Shown one piece after another: positions 37,729 to 46,297 of a stretch of 64,000 bases of DNA. The stretch is from Candidatus Eiseniibacteriota bacterium (lineage in GTDB: Bacteria > Eisenbacteria > RBG-16-71-46), in contig JBGPFC010000007.1 of NCBI GenBank assembly GCA_041483195.1, positions 70,943 through 134,942 on the forward strand. Direction: 5' to 3'. The position numbers were made by a program, and so were the translations under genes. Under the pieces are notes generated by a model that did not search any database, was not told the DNA's origin, and saw only the letters and a list, made by a program, of their open reading frames with translations. How positions within the stretch are numbered: the first letter of the stretch is position 1; each line of letters starts with the position of its first letter.

Positions 37729-40700
37729 CTACCGGATTATAACGAAACGGCCACGTTGCGTGCCGAGATTCGACTCGACCGTGAACAGGTAGATCCCGCT
37801 GACGACGTCCTGGCCATTGCGCGAGATGAGGTTCCACCGCGCCTGACCGTCGTTGGGATTGTCCTGCTGCCGGTTGTATCCGGGAAGCGATGTGCCGGTC
37901 GAACTCGTGACCGGCGATCGCACCGATTGATTCACCGCGTCCGTCGATCGGATCTCCTGAACCAGGTCGCCGGACACGGTGTAGATGCGGATCGTCCACG
38001 CGCCGAACGGGAGCCCGTAGAAGTCGACGTGCGTGCCCGTCGGGTCGGTGGAGTTCGGCGTGAGATCCCACGACGATGGCCGCTCGGACAGGTTCTTGAA
38101 TCCCTTGTACGGATTGGGCACCACCCATACGGACCTGGTCGCGCGCGCGATGGTCTGGGGCACGACGCCCTCGGCTTCCACCGCGGTGCGGCGTCCCTCC
38201 GTCATCCCGTCACGCGTCGAGTCGTAGGCGGTGACGGAATAGAAGTACAGGAAGCCGTTCTTCACTTCCGGGTCTTCGTAGCGGTAGCGGCCGATCGGGT
38301 AATGCGCCCTCCCGACCTTTCGGCACGGCGAGATGTCGAGCACGCATCCGCTGTCCTGCACGCAGCGGCCGAGCGCGTCCTTCACGCACTGCAGCGAGGT
38401 GTCGGGCCGCATGATCCGCCCGCTCTGCCGGTCCCAGAGATCCCCGGAATTCAGCCGGATCTCGAGCGAATCGCGCAACTGGGGAATCCACACCCGGGGA
38501 TAGATGAGCGTGTCGGCGGGATCGCCGCCGACCGGAGGCAGCTTCTTCCCGATCGCGTTGTTGGCAATCTGGACGTTGTTGGTGTTGCGGTAGTCGAACA
38601 TCCGGAAGTCCGCGATCAGCGCCCAGTCGTCCTCCGCCGGCCCCGGCGAGCCGACCGGACGGGTCCAGTTCGACACCTTCCAGATCTTGTAGCCGCGGAA
38701 ATCGAATTCCTTCTTGTCAGAGGGATCGGGAGTGGTCTCCGAGAGGTTGTTCCATGCCAGCGTGATCTTGTTGTCCCGGCCCGGGGCGATCAGGCGATCG
38801 GGATTGTCCGTGTAGTTGTAGATCACGGAGGCGTTGCTCGTCGGGTTGGGAGGCGGCGCTGAGGAATTCCACACCTTGTGGAACATCCCTCCGATGGTCG
38901 GGTCGGCGGCGCCCACTCCGAGCTCGGCGTCCCAGATGCCGGTGCAATAGTCGCAGTCGAAATCGAACCAGGTGTAGGCGTCGGCGGTGACCGGCCGGAA
39001 GTTTCCGATCTCCGAATCACGACAGTCCTGATCGTTCGACTGCGGCAGCGAGCCGCGCGGCAGCCGTTCGGAGGTCTCGCGCCCATGCCAGCTCGTGACC
39101 GGGAAGCCGGCGCGATGCTCCCAGATGCCCTCGTACGCGACCTGCGCGTCGAACGCGTTCTTGAGCGCCGGGTACTGCGCGAACAGCGCCGCCTGGTTCG
39201 CAAGGTCGCGCTGGGGGTTGGCGGCCGAGTCCCGCTTGAAGGCCGCGTAGCGCACCGGATACTGCGCGTTGTCCGCGTAATTGCCGCGCGCGACCGCGAA
39301 CGCGATCGTGACCTGCACCGAGGCGTTCGGGAGGACGTGCAGCCACGGGCCGACCGCGCACCAGGCCGCGTAGTCGCCCTTCTGATCGCCGGGCTCGGAG
39401 TTGATGAATCCCCAGCGCGGGCCCTTCGACTGGTCGTCGTTGTCGATGTTGTCGTTGCCCGTCATGAACTCGAAGCGCTGCTGGTCGATGCGGGGCGGTC
39501 CGCCCTGGGTGTAAGGAGTGCCGCCCGTGTAGGACCGGAACGCCCGCCAGCCCACCCGCCATGGCCCGTTGTGGTGATCGCTCAGGTCGAGGGTGTGATT
39601 GATGAGGAGCAGCGACGGCACGCCGGTCGTCTTCCCCTCGTCGCCGTCGTCATCCGCGATGCCGAATCCGTTCACCCGGAGGTTCAGGTGGTCGCAGAGC
39701 GACGTGCCCGCCGGGAACTGCGTGTACAGCACGGGGTCGTGCTTCTTCTGCCGCCGGGCGTCGTCGTCGGGCAGCACGTAGGTGAACGAGCCGCTCGGGA
39801 ACTGCGGATTGTCGAGGTCGTCCGTGAAGTAGTTCGACTTCTCGACCGGGCCGCAATCCATGTCGATCGGGAAGCCCACCACCACGCTGTCGATCTCGTG
39901 ACCCGAGCGGTTGATGATGGTGTACTCGAAGACGTTGAAGTTCTCGAGGCTCGAGATCGAATAGGCCCAGGCCTTCTCCTGGCACTCGAGGCCGAGCGGA
40001 ACGTGCGGCTCGGCCTGCGAGAACTGGATGGCCTCGATCGTGTCGTCGCGCATCACCAGCGAGAACATCTGCTGTCCGACCGCGCCGTAGTCCTCGTCGA
40101 CCTTGCCGTCCCCGTCGTTGTCGCGACCGTCGAGGAAGTCTTCATCGATGAACGGCTTGCGCGATCCGTCCTGGTCGATATAGGTGTCGCCGTCGTCATT
40201 GGAAAAACGCACTCCGTTGACGGCGCCGTCGTAGGACGGGTAGATGCGATCCTCGGGCTGGAGCGAGGCCGGGCGCCATTCGGTGCCGGAGCTCACGCGG
40301 CGCCGCGAGACCGGGTCGCCCGGGCTGATTCCCGGGTTCACGCCGCCCACCGCGATCGTCTGCGCGAACAGGAATTCGACACCCGACTGGCCGGGCCACT
40401 GGCCGCCGGGATCGCTCGACACGTTCTGGAACGGATTGGCGTTGAACCCGAAGTTGGTGACCTTTTCGACGATCTTGCCAACGGTGAGCACGCTTCCGTG
40501 GCCGAACACGTCGGGCACCGCATCGGGGCTCACGCGTCCGCGGGTCACCTCGTCGAGGCTTGCGGGCGGGGCGTACATCTTGTAGAGCATGCGGACCGTC
40601 TCGGGAGTGATGCCCTCGAACTCTCCCTTCGTCGCCACCCCCTCCGGGCGTTCCCCATGACTCTGCGCCATGGCGGAGCCCGAGGCGATCGCCAGGCACG

Positions 40701-40752
40701 CGATCGCAGCGCTTCCCAGCCAGATCGAGATTCCCGCCCTGCGTCGTTTCAT
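37729..40752 (-). CDS. Large secreted protein with FN3-like region and C-terminal T9SS-like/FlgD-Ig CTD
   Basis: Signal peptide; WPGQSGVEFLF, DxDxDG motifs, ITLAW..FRGYKIWK..YFYSVTAYD; CTD VVPNPY..IRIYTVSGDLV..WNL..SGIYLF..GRFVIIR. Confidence 0.85.
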   Translation of the reverse strand: MKRRRAGISIWLGSAAIACLAIASGSAMAQSHGERPEGVATKGEFEGITPETVRMLYKMYAPPASLDEVTRGRVSPDAVPDVFGHGSVLTVGKIVEKVTNFGFNANPFQNVSSDPGGQWPGQSGVEFLFAQTIAVGGVNPGISPGDPVSRRRVSSGTEWRPASLQPEDRIYPSYDGAVNGVRFSNDDGDTYIDQDGSRKPFIDEDFLDGRDNDGDGKVDEDYGAVGQQMFSLVMRDDTIEAIQFSQAEPHVPLGLECQEKAWAYSISSLENFNVFEYTIINRSGHEIDSVVVGFPIDMDCGPVEKSNYFTDDLDNPQFPSGSFTYVLPDDDARRQKKHDPVLYTQFPAGTSLCDHLNLRVNGFGIADDDGDEGKTTGVPSLLLINHTLDLSDHHNGPWRVGWRAFRSYTGGTPYTQGGPPRIDQQRFEFMTGNDNIDNDDQSKGPRWGFINSEPGDQKGDYAAWCAVGPWLHVLPNASVQVTIAFAVARGNYADNAQYPVRYAAFKRDSAANPQRDLANQAALFAQYPALKNAFDAQVAYEGIWEHRAGFPVTSWHGRETSERLPRGSLPQSNDQDCRDSEIGNFRPVTADAYTWFDFDCDYCTGIWDAELGVGAADPTIGGMFHKVWNSSAPPPNPTSNASVIYNYTDNPDRLIAPGRDNKITLAWNNLSETTPDPSDKKEFDFRGYKIWKVSNWTRPVGSPGPAEDDWALIADFRMFDYRNTNNVQIANNAIGKKLPPVGGDPADTLIYPRVWIPQLRDSLEIRLNSGDLWDRQSGRIMRPDTSLQCVKDALGRCVQDSGCVLDISPCRKVGRAHYPIGRYRYEDPEVKNGFLYFYSVTAYDSTRDGMTEGRRTAVEAEGVVPQTIARATRSVWVVPNPYKGFKNLSERPSSWDLTPNSTDPTGTHVDFYGLPFGAWTIRIYTVSGDLVQEIRSTDAVNQSVRSPVTSSTGTSLPGYNRQQDNPNDGQARWNLISRNGQDVVSGIYLFTVESNLGTQRGRFVIIR

Positions 40753-40778
40753 GCTCCCTCGCTCACCCGGTCGAACGG

Positions 40779-43493
40779 TCAAAAGGTGACGCTCAAGCCG
40801 AGACGCACGTTGCGTCCTTCCTCGAAGACACGAGGATCGCGCAACGGCACCCAGTCGTCGATGCCGTCACCGTTCGTGTCCTGAAGGTAGGCGCCGCCCG
40901 CACGCCCCGTCTCGGTGTAGTAGATCAGGTAGTCGTCGCCGGCCCGATTGATGTTCGGATTCGGGAAGGACGGCTGCTGGAGACTCGAAAGATTCAAAGC
41001 ATTCAGCACGTTGCGCGCGTCGAAGAACAGCGTCACGTTCTGTCCCCAGATCTTGTAGAACTTGTCGCCGTCGATCGTGAGCCGCGCGATCGAAGGCTGG
41101 CGCCGCGAGTTGTCGAGCAGCGGATCGGGACGACGGTCGTTGCGGAAGGTCGGGGTGAACGGGAAGCCCGAGCCGTACTGCCAGAGCACGCGAAATCCCC
41201 AGCGGCCGGGCTCGCGCACCACCGCCTGGACGCTCAGCGTGTTGCGCTGGTCCCAGTTCAGAGGCTGCTCGGAGATCGGCAGGTAGAGTCGCCCGCCGTT
41301 GAAGAACTGCAGGGCCGAGTTGGGATCCGAGGCCACGCCGGTCGCGAGCGAGTACGTGTAATTGACCTCGGTCGAGAACTTGTGGCTGAAGCTCTTGATG
41401 ATGCTGGCTTCGAATCCACGAGAGCTCGCGTAGTCGCCGTTGTAGTAGACGTTCACGAGATTCCCGAACGGATCGCTCTCCTGCCGCACCGTGATCAGCC
41501 CGTAGATGTCCTTGAAGAACACCGCGAACTGCCCGGACACGTCGCGCGAGAACAGATGCTGCACGCCGGCCTGGTAGGAGATGTTGGTCTCCGGCTCGAG
41601 ATCGGGGTTGCCCTGGACCGTCACGCTGCTGCTCAGGCCGCGATTCTCGAACACGACGTTGCGCGACGGGGTCTGGTAGGTCCACCCGTAGTGGAAGCTG
41701 AGCACGTCCTTGTCCGAGATCGGGTAGGCGATTCCGAGGCGCGGGCTGTATTGCTGCTTGTACCGCTTGCCGCTGCGCAGGTCGGTGTCGCTGATCTGGA
41801 GTCCGGGAGTGAAGAGGTCGTAACGGATGCCCGCGTTCAGCACCAGTCCTTCGAACTCCCAGCGATCCTGGAAGTACGCCGCCCCTTCCGGGTTGTAATT
41901 CACGAAGTCGGACCGCTGCCCGCCGGGCAGCCCGTTCGACTCCGCGTTGGGAAGCGTCAGCGCGAGATTCTGGACGCGGTTGTACTTCGTCTCGATCCCG
42001 GTCTTGAGCGTGTGGTTCTTCCAGTGCCGGCTCGAGAGGTCGCTCTTGAGGGTCTGGGTGGACGCGTTTCGCAGCGTGAACGTGGGAAAGTCTCCATGCG
42101 TCGCGAAGTACGGGTTGTTCTCGCTGCCCGGCACCGTGTTGCCGGTCCAGTAGGACGGGCTCTCCGTGTCGTACTCCCACGGCTGCTTGCGGCCCACCGA
42201 CGAACGCGTGTCGAAAGCGAAGCTCGAGACGCGCGTGCTCCACACCGTCTTGTCGGAGAGCTGATCGGTCCACACCGCGGTGAGCTGCTGGTACTTGTCG
42301 TCGAGCGTCGGGACGTGGTCGGGCATGTTGATCGGCTGGTAGGTGCTGTCCACCTTGGTGTCCGACCAGGTGCCGTAGATCTTGCGGAAGTTGTTCGAGG
42401 TGTCGTAGCTCACCTTGACGAAACCCTGCCGGCTCCACATGTGGTTGTAGGGCGTCGCGATCGTCCGGTTGTGGATGGTCTCGAGCGTGATCTTGTTGCG
42501 CGAGTTCATGCGGTAGGCGAGCTTGAAATTCGTGTTGACCTGGTTGTTCTGCCGGTTGCCGAACTGCACGAAGTCGAGCAGCGTGGTGCGGGGCTTGGTC
42601 AGGGTCGAGCGCAGATAGGTGTCCTGGAAGCTGCCCTCGTAGGTCGCGAAGTAGGTCAGGCCCTTGAAGGGAGTCGGGCCGCCGAAGCCGAACGTCAGGC
42701 GATCGAAGTTGTCGAAGGTCTTGGTCGGATCGCCGTAGCGGTCGGTGTCCCAGCGCACCTCGCCGCCGAGCCGGTCGGTGCCCTCCTTGGTGCTGACGTT
42801 GACGACACCGGAGAGCGCGTTGCCGTATTCGGCGTCGAAACCGCCCGAGATCACCTCGGTGCCGGCCACCGCGAGCGTCGCGATGTTCGCCCCGCGACCG
42901 AGCAGCGGATCGGACACCTCGACGCCGTCGAACTGGAACTTCACCTCGCCCCCGCGGCCGCCACGGAAGTGAAGCTCGCCGCCCTGCGCGACGACGCCGG
43001 CCTTGGTGCCGACCGCCTCGCGCAGGTTGTCCACCGGGATCTCCCGCAGCTTCTCGGCCGAGATGCTCTGCTTGGTGGTCGAGGACTTCGTGTCGATGCG
43101 CTTCTCGGCGCGCACCTCGATCTCCTCGATCTGCTTCACGACCTTCTGCTCGCCGAAGCTGAACAGAACGTTGGTGGTCGCGCCGGCGTTGACCTGGACC
43201 GACTGCACCTGCTTGTCGTACCCGATCGCCTGCACCTGCACCTGCACGGCGCCCACCCCGACGCCCGGGAGGACGAAGTTGCCGTTCTCGTCGGACATGG
43301 TGCCCTGCTTGGTGCCGAGGACGATCACGTTCGAGAAGGGGATCGGTTCCTTGCTGGGCCCGACGACTCGCCCCGCGATGCGGCCGGTGCCCGAGGGAGT
43401 CGCGGGCGGCTGCGCCATCGCCGGCGCGGCGATGATGAGCGCCAGTGCCGCTCCCCAGAGCGGCGCGAACAAACGCCTGCCAGCGATGAACAT
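40779..43493 (-). CDS. TonB-dependent receptor with N-terminal carboxypeptidase-regulatory-like domain
   Basis: GRIAGRV..GTMSDENGNF, IEEIEVRA TonB box, FRGGR, SGGFDAEYGNALSGVVN, GNPDLEPE, C-terminal GRNVRLGLSVTF. Confidence 0.92.
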   Translation of the reverse strand: MFIAGRRLFAPLWGAALALIIAAPAMAQPPATPSGTGRIAGRVVGPSKEPIPFSNVIVLGTKQGTMSDENGNFVLPGVGVGAVQVQVQAIGYDKQVQSVQVNAGATTNVLFSFGEQKVVKQIEEIEVRAEKRIDTKSSTTKQSISAEKLREIPVDNLREAVGTKAGVVAQGGELHFRGGRGGEVKFQFDGVEVSDPLLGRGANIATLAVAGTEVISGGFDAEYGNALSGVVNVSTKEGTDRLGGEVRWDTDRYGDPTKTFDNFDRLTFGFGGPTPFKGLTYFATYEGSFQDTYLRSTLTKPRTTLLDFVQFGNRQNNQVNTNFKLAYRMNSRNKITLETIHNRTIATPYNHMWSRQGFVKVSYDTSNNFRKIYGTWSDTKVDSTYQPINMPDHVPTLDDKYQQLTAVWTDQLSDKTVWSTRVSSFAFDTRSSVGRKQPWEYDTESPSYWTGNTVPGSENNPYFATHGDFPTFTLRNASTQTLKSDLSSRHWKNHTLKTGIETKYNRVQNLALTLPNAESNGLPGGQRSDFVNYNPEGAAYFQDRWEFEGLVLNAGIRYDLFTPGLQISDTDLRSGKRYKQQYSPRLGIAYPISDKDVLSFHYGWTYQTPSRNVVFENRGLSSSVTVQGNPDLEPETNISYQAGVQHLFSRDVSGQFAVFFKDIYGLITVRQESDPFGNLVNVYYNGDYASSRGFEASIIKSFSHKFSTEVNYTYSLATGVASDPNSALQFFNGGRLYLPISEQPLNWDQRNTLSVQAVVREPGRWGFRVLWQYGSGFPFTPTFRNDRRPDPLLDNSRRQPSIARLTIDGDKFYKIWGQNVTLFFDARNVLNALNLSSLQQPSFPNPNINRAGDDYLIYYTETGRAGGAYLQDTNGDGIDDWVPLRDPRVFEEGRNVRLGLSVTF

Positions 43494-43767
43494 GGGTGTC
43501 GAGCCCTCGGGTTGACGCGCGTCAGATGTCACGGGACAGGAAAGCCTCGCCACGATGCCAATTCCAGACCTGAACTGTCAACGACATTCGGACACAACTC
43601 TTTCCCCGACCGGCGGTTAATCCGGATAAACGGAACGCGGGCCGAAGGTCGGAGGAGCGGTCTGGTGAGAGCGGGCGACGGTTTCGCTGGAGGACAGCGA
43701 TCGACACGTGTGATGGGCACCGTGAGGTTCCAACTCGAGTGTTCGGTGCCAACGCCCAGGTGCCAGC

Positions 43768-43797
43768 AATATCGGTCCGCGAGGCCGGTCCTGTCAA
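43768..43797 (-). promoter_or_regulatory. Putative sigma70 promoter preceding a long TBDR leader
   Basis: TTGACA-N18-GATATT. Confidence 0.4.
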
Positions 43798-43820
43798 GCG
43801 AGAATTTTCGAAGACGGGAC

Positions 43821-45461
43821 TCAGAACGTCCACTGCAGCTGCGCGGCGATCTGCTGCTGGGTGCCGCGCGGGGTCGCCGGCGACCCGAAATCGGCCTGAT
43901 ACCACTGGATCACGTAGCCGGATTCGAGCGACCAGGTCGCGCCCGCCGGACGGTAGCCGAAGCCGGTCGTCACCGCGTTCGCGACGCGCTCGTTCTGCCG
44001 CGTGAAGTCGTCGGCGTCGTCCCAGCCGTAGATGTACCCCGCACGCCCCGTCAGCACCGGATTGCATCGATACTCGATGCCGGCCCGCGCGTCCCACCCC
44101 AGCTGCCGCGGCCCGGTGCCGCTCAGGGTCTGCTCGAACTCGGCGCGGCGCTGATGGTACTCGACCCCGATCACCCCGCGCCGCCCGGGCATCTGCCATG
44201 AAATGCCGCCCGCGCCCTCCCACGCATCGGTCTGGGTCCGGTTGTACACGATGCTGTCGGAGAAGGCAGTCGTGTCGCCGCGCGTGCGGTAATAGATGTC
44301 GTCGAGGAACGCATTGAAGGTGTTCTGCCCGTTCGCGAGGCGCGGCGTGACGGTGACCCTCCGCGTGGAGGCCGCGATGCTCGCCCCCATCTCCCACGGC
44401 CCCATCGCCAATCGCACCCGCGAGCGGCCGATCGCGCCCCGCTCGGCGCGATCGAGAAGATCGCCCCGCCCCACCAGCGGGACGGCGCCCGCACCGCCGC
44501 TGTTGGTGGAGATGCTGAACGCCCAGCGCTCATCCGACTTCGAGGTCCAGCTGCGGACGTCGGAGCCCCACTCCAGCAACGAGCCGACGCGCACGATCAG
44601 GGAGCCCTGACCGGTCCAGTGCGGGCGCGTCTCGCTGCGCTCCGAGTCGTAGCGAACCCCGCTGTTCTCCGATTTGATCTTGGCGCGATCGCCGTCCGCC
44701 GCGATCGCCAGCGTTGCCCATTTCGCGGCGCGGTAGCTCAGCGCGACGCCCGCGCCCTGTGACTGGGTCTCGATGTCATCGGGCGTGAAGATGTCGGGAG
44801 GACCGATCAGCTGCCCGTTCTGGTCGAGGTACTGCCCGGCCGCGTTGCGCCGGATGAGCCGGTAATCGTCTGTCGACTTCTCGAACCCGTAGTGAGCGGT
44901 CAGCGCGTAGTGCACGCGATCGCCCGCGAAGTAGGGCATGCGTCCATTGACGATGGTCGTGACGTTGGGCCGCGCGAACTGCGAGCGACGCTCGACGTCG
45001 CTGCTGAAAGGCGTGTCGAGCCGCAGCTGGCCCACGTCACCGAATGCACCGAACGCGCTGGAGCCCGCGTGGCGGCGCCACGCCTCGTAGCCGATCCGAA
45101 CTTCGCGCGCCGCGAGATCCTGCCGCTCGATCGGGAGGCCGGCCCGCGACGCATCGCTGACGGAGGCCGTCGATGCCGACATCGGTCGGAAGCTCAGCGT
45201 GGACACCGAGTCGTCCTCAAATACGCCAGCGGGATTGCCCGCGAAATCCCAGAGGTTGATGCGGTTGTTGTCGTCCGGCGCCACCAGCGTGAGGCGGCCG
45301 AGACCGAGGAGTCGGGGGCTGCGTTCGATCGGGTCCGGCGAGAGGCCGAGCGATTGGCGCGCGAGTTCGTACGACTGGGCGCGCGCGGACCCGGGCGGCA
45401 GCGCCGCGCCCATCAGGGTGACCAACAGCGCGCTCCAGAGAACCCTGGACTGAGGGCTCAT
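43821..45461 (-). CDS. Hypothetical outer membrane beta-barrel (FadL/PorV-like hatch)
   Basis: Signal peptide, SPRLLGLG..PDD..FAGNPAG, alternating beta-strand pattern, C-terminal QLQWTF; AAAGGAG SD. Confidence 0.75.
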   Translation of the reverse strand: MSPQSRVLWSALLVTLMGAALPPGSARAQSYELARQSLGLSPDPIERSPRLLGLGRLTLVAPDDNNRINLWDFAGNPAGVFEDDSVSTLSFRPMSASTASVSDASRAGLPIERQDLAAREVRIGYEAWRRHAGSSAFGAFGDVGQLRLDTPFSSDVERRSQFARPNVTTIVNGRMPYFAGDRVHYALTAHYGFEKSTDDYRLIRRNAAGQYLDQNGQLIGPPDIFTPDDIETQSQGAGVALSYRAAKWATLAIAADGDRAKIKSENSGVRYDSERSETRPHWTGQGSLIVRVGSLLEWGSDVRSWTSKSDERWAFSISTNSGGAGAVPLVGRGDLLDRAERGAIGRSRVRLAMGPWEMGASIAASTRRVTVTPRLANGQNTFNAFLDDIYYRTRGDTTAFSDSIVYNRTQTDAWEGAGGISWQMPGRRGVIGVEYHQRRAEFEQTLSGTGPRQLGWDARAGIEYRCNPVLTGRAGYIYGWDDADDFTRQNERVANAVTTGFGYRPAGATWSLESGYVIQWYQADFGSPATPRGTQQQIAAQLQWTF

Positions 45462-45575
45462 CCATGCTCCTTTCAAACGTCTCTCAACGGACGGGCCGCC
45501 GTGCGGAGGGATACGCTCCCGCCTTCCGGGCGAAAGGGCGCGCGGTCAACGAGGTGCGCCATGCACAGAGCGCGC

Positions 45576-45604
45576 ATACTAGGAACGCGCCGCGAGAGTG
45601 TCAA
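45576..45604 (-). promoter_or_regulatory. Near-consensus sigma70 promoter of the beta-barrel gene
   Basis: TTGACA-N17-TAGTAT; the -35 overlaps the mpg stop codon. Confidence 0.65.
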
Positions 45605-46293
45605 CCGCGAAACGCGCCGCGGGCGCGCACGCGACCGACGTCATCCAGATCGCGCGCGGGATGCGCGCGGCCCGGGTGCTGCGCGCTTCGCGGCGCCGCG
45701 CGTGTGCCCGATACGCAGGGATGCCCGTCCAGAAATAGGCGCCAGTCGCGATCACGCCCCGCGCGGATTCCAATCCGCGGCCCGGCCGCGATCGTCAGGC
45801 CCGCGCGCTCGCGCGGCCCGTCCCCGATCCACAGCGGGCCACGGGTGAGATCGCTTCCGTCCTCAGCGCGCGTGAGCCCGAGCGCGCGCGCCACGCAACC
45901 CGGTCCCCGCGCCAGCCGCTCGAGCGCGAGCGCTCCGCGCCGCCGTCGCATGCTCGCGATGCCCGCCCCGGGCTCGAGCGCTCGGATCAGCACGGCGCAT
46001 GCCTGGCCGCTGCGGCCCGCGACCACGTTGACGCAGAAATGCATGCCGTACGTGAAGTAGACATAGGCGTGCCCGGGGGGACCGAACATCGAGGCATTGC
46101 GCGCCGTGCGGCCGGCGCGCGCATGGCTGGCCGGATCGCGCGGACCGCCGTAGGCCTCGACCTCGACGATCCGCCCCGCGACCCGTCCGGCGGGATGATC
46201 GTGGACCAGCCAGCGCCCGAGCAGCGCGCGCGCGACCTCGAGGACCGGCCGCGCGTAGAACGCGCGCGGCAGCGGGCGGCCCAGGTTCCGCAA
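45601..46293 (-). CDS. DNA-3-methyladenine glycosylase (MPG/AAG family)
   Basis: VARALLG, IVEVEAY, DPASHA, YVYFTYGMH, AVLIRALEP, GPRIGI; start uncertain (TTG 46293 or GTG 46326). Confidence 0.93.
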   Translation of the reverse strand: MRNLGRPLPRAFYARPVLEVARALLGRWLVHDHPAGRVAGRIVEVEAYGGPRDPASHARAGRTARNASMFGPPGHAYVYFTYGMHFCVNVVAGRSGQACAVLIRALEPGAGIASMRRRRGALALERLARGPGCVARALGLTRAEDGSDLTRGPLWIGDGPRERAGLTIAAGPRIGIRAGRDRDWRLFLDGHPCVSGTRAAPRSAQHPGRAHPARDLDDVGRVRARGAFRG

Positions 46294-46297
46294 CCCG

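Noticed and set aside
36746..43493. Visibly lower GC in the TBDR module as evidence of horizontal transfer
   Set aside because: Third positions remain strongly G/C and no mobility genes or att sites flank it; Asn/Asp/Tyr/Thr-rich protein composition explains the shift
43540..43770. TGGCA(C) sites as sigma54 promoters of the TBDR
   Set aside because: None has GC at the required GG-N10-GC spacing
41382..44201. 939-aa plus-strand ORF
   Set aside because: Antisense shadow of the TonB-dependent receptor caused by codon bias
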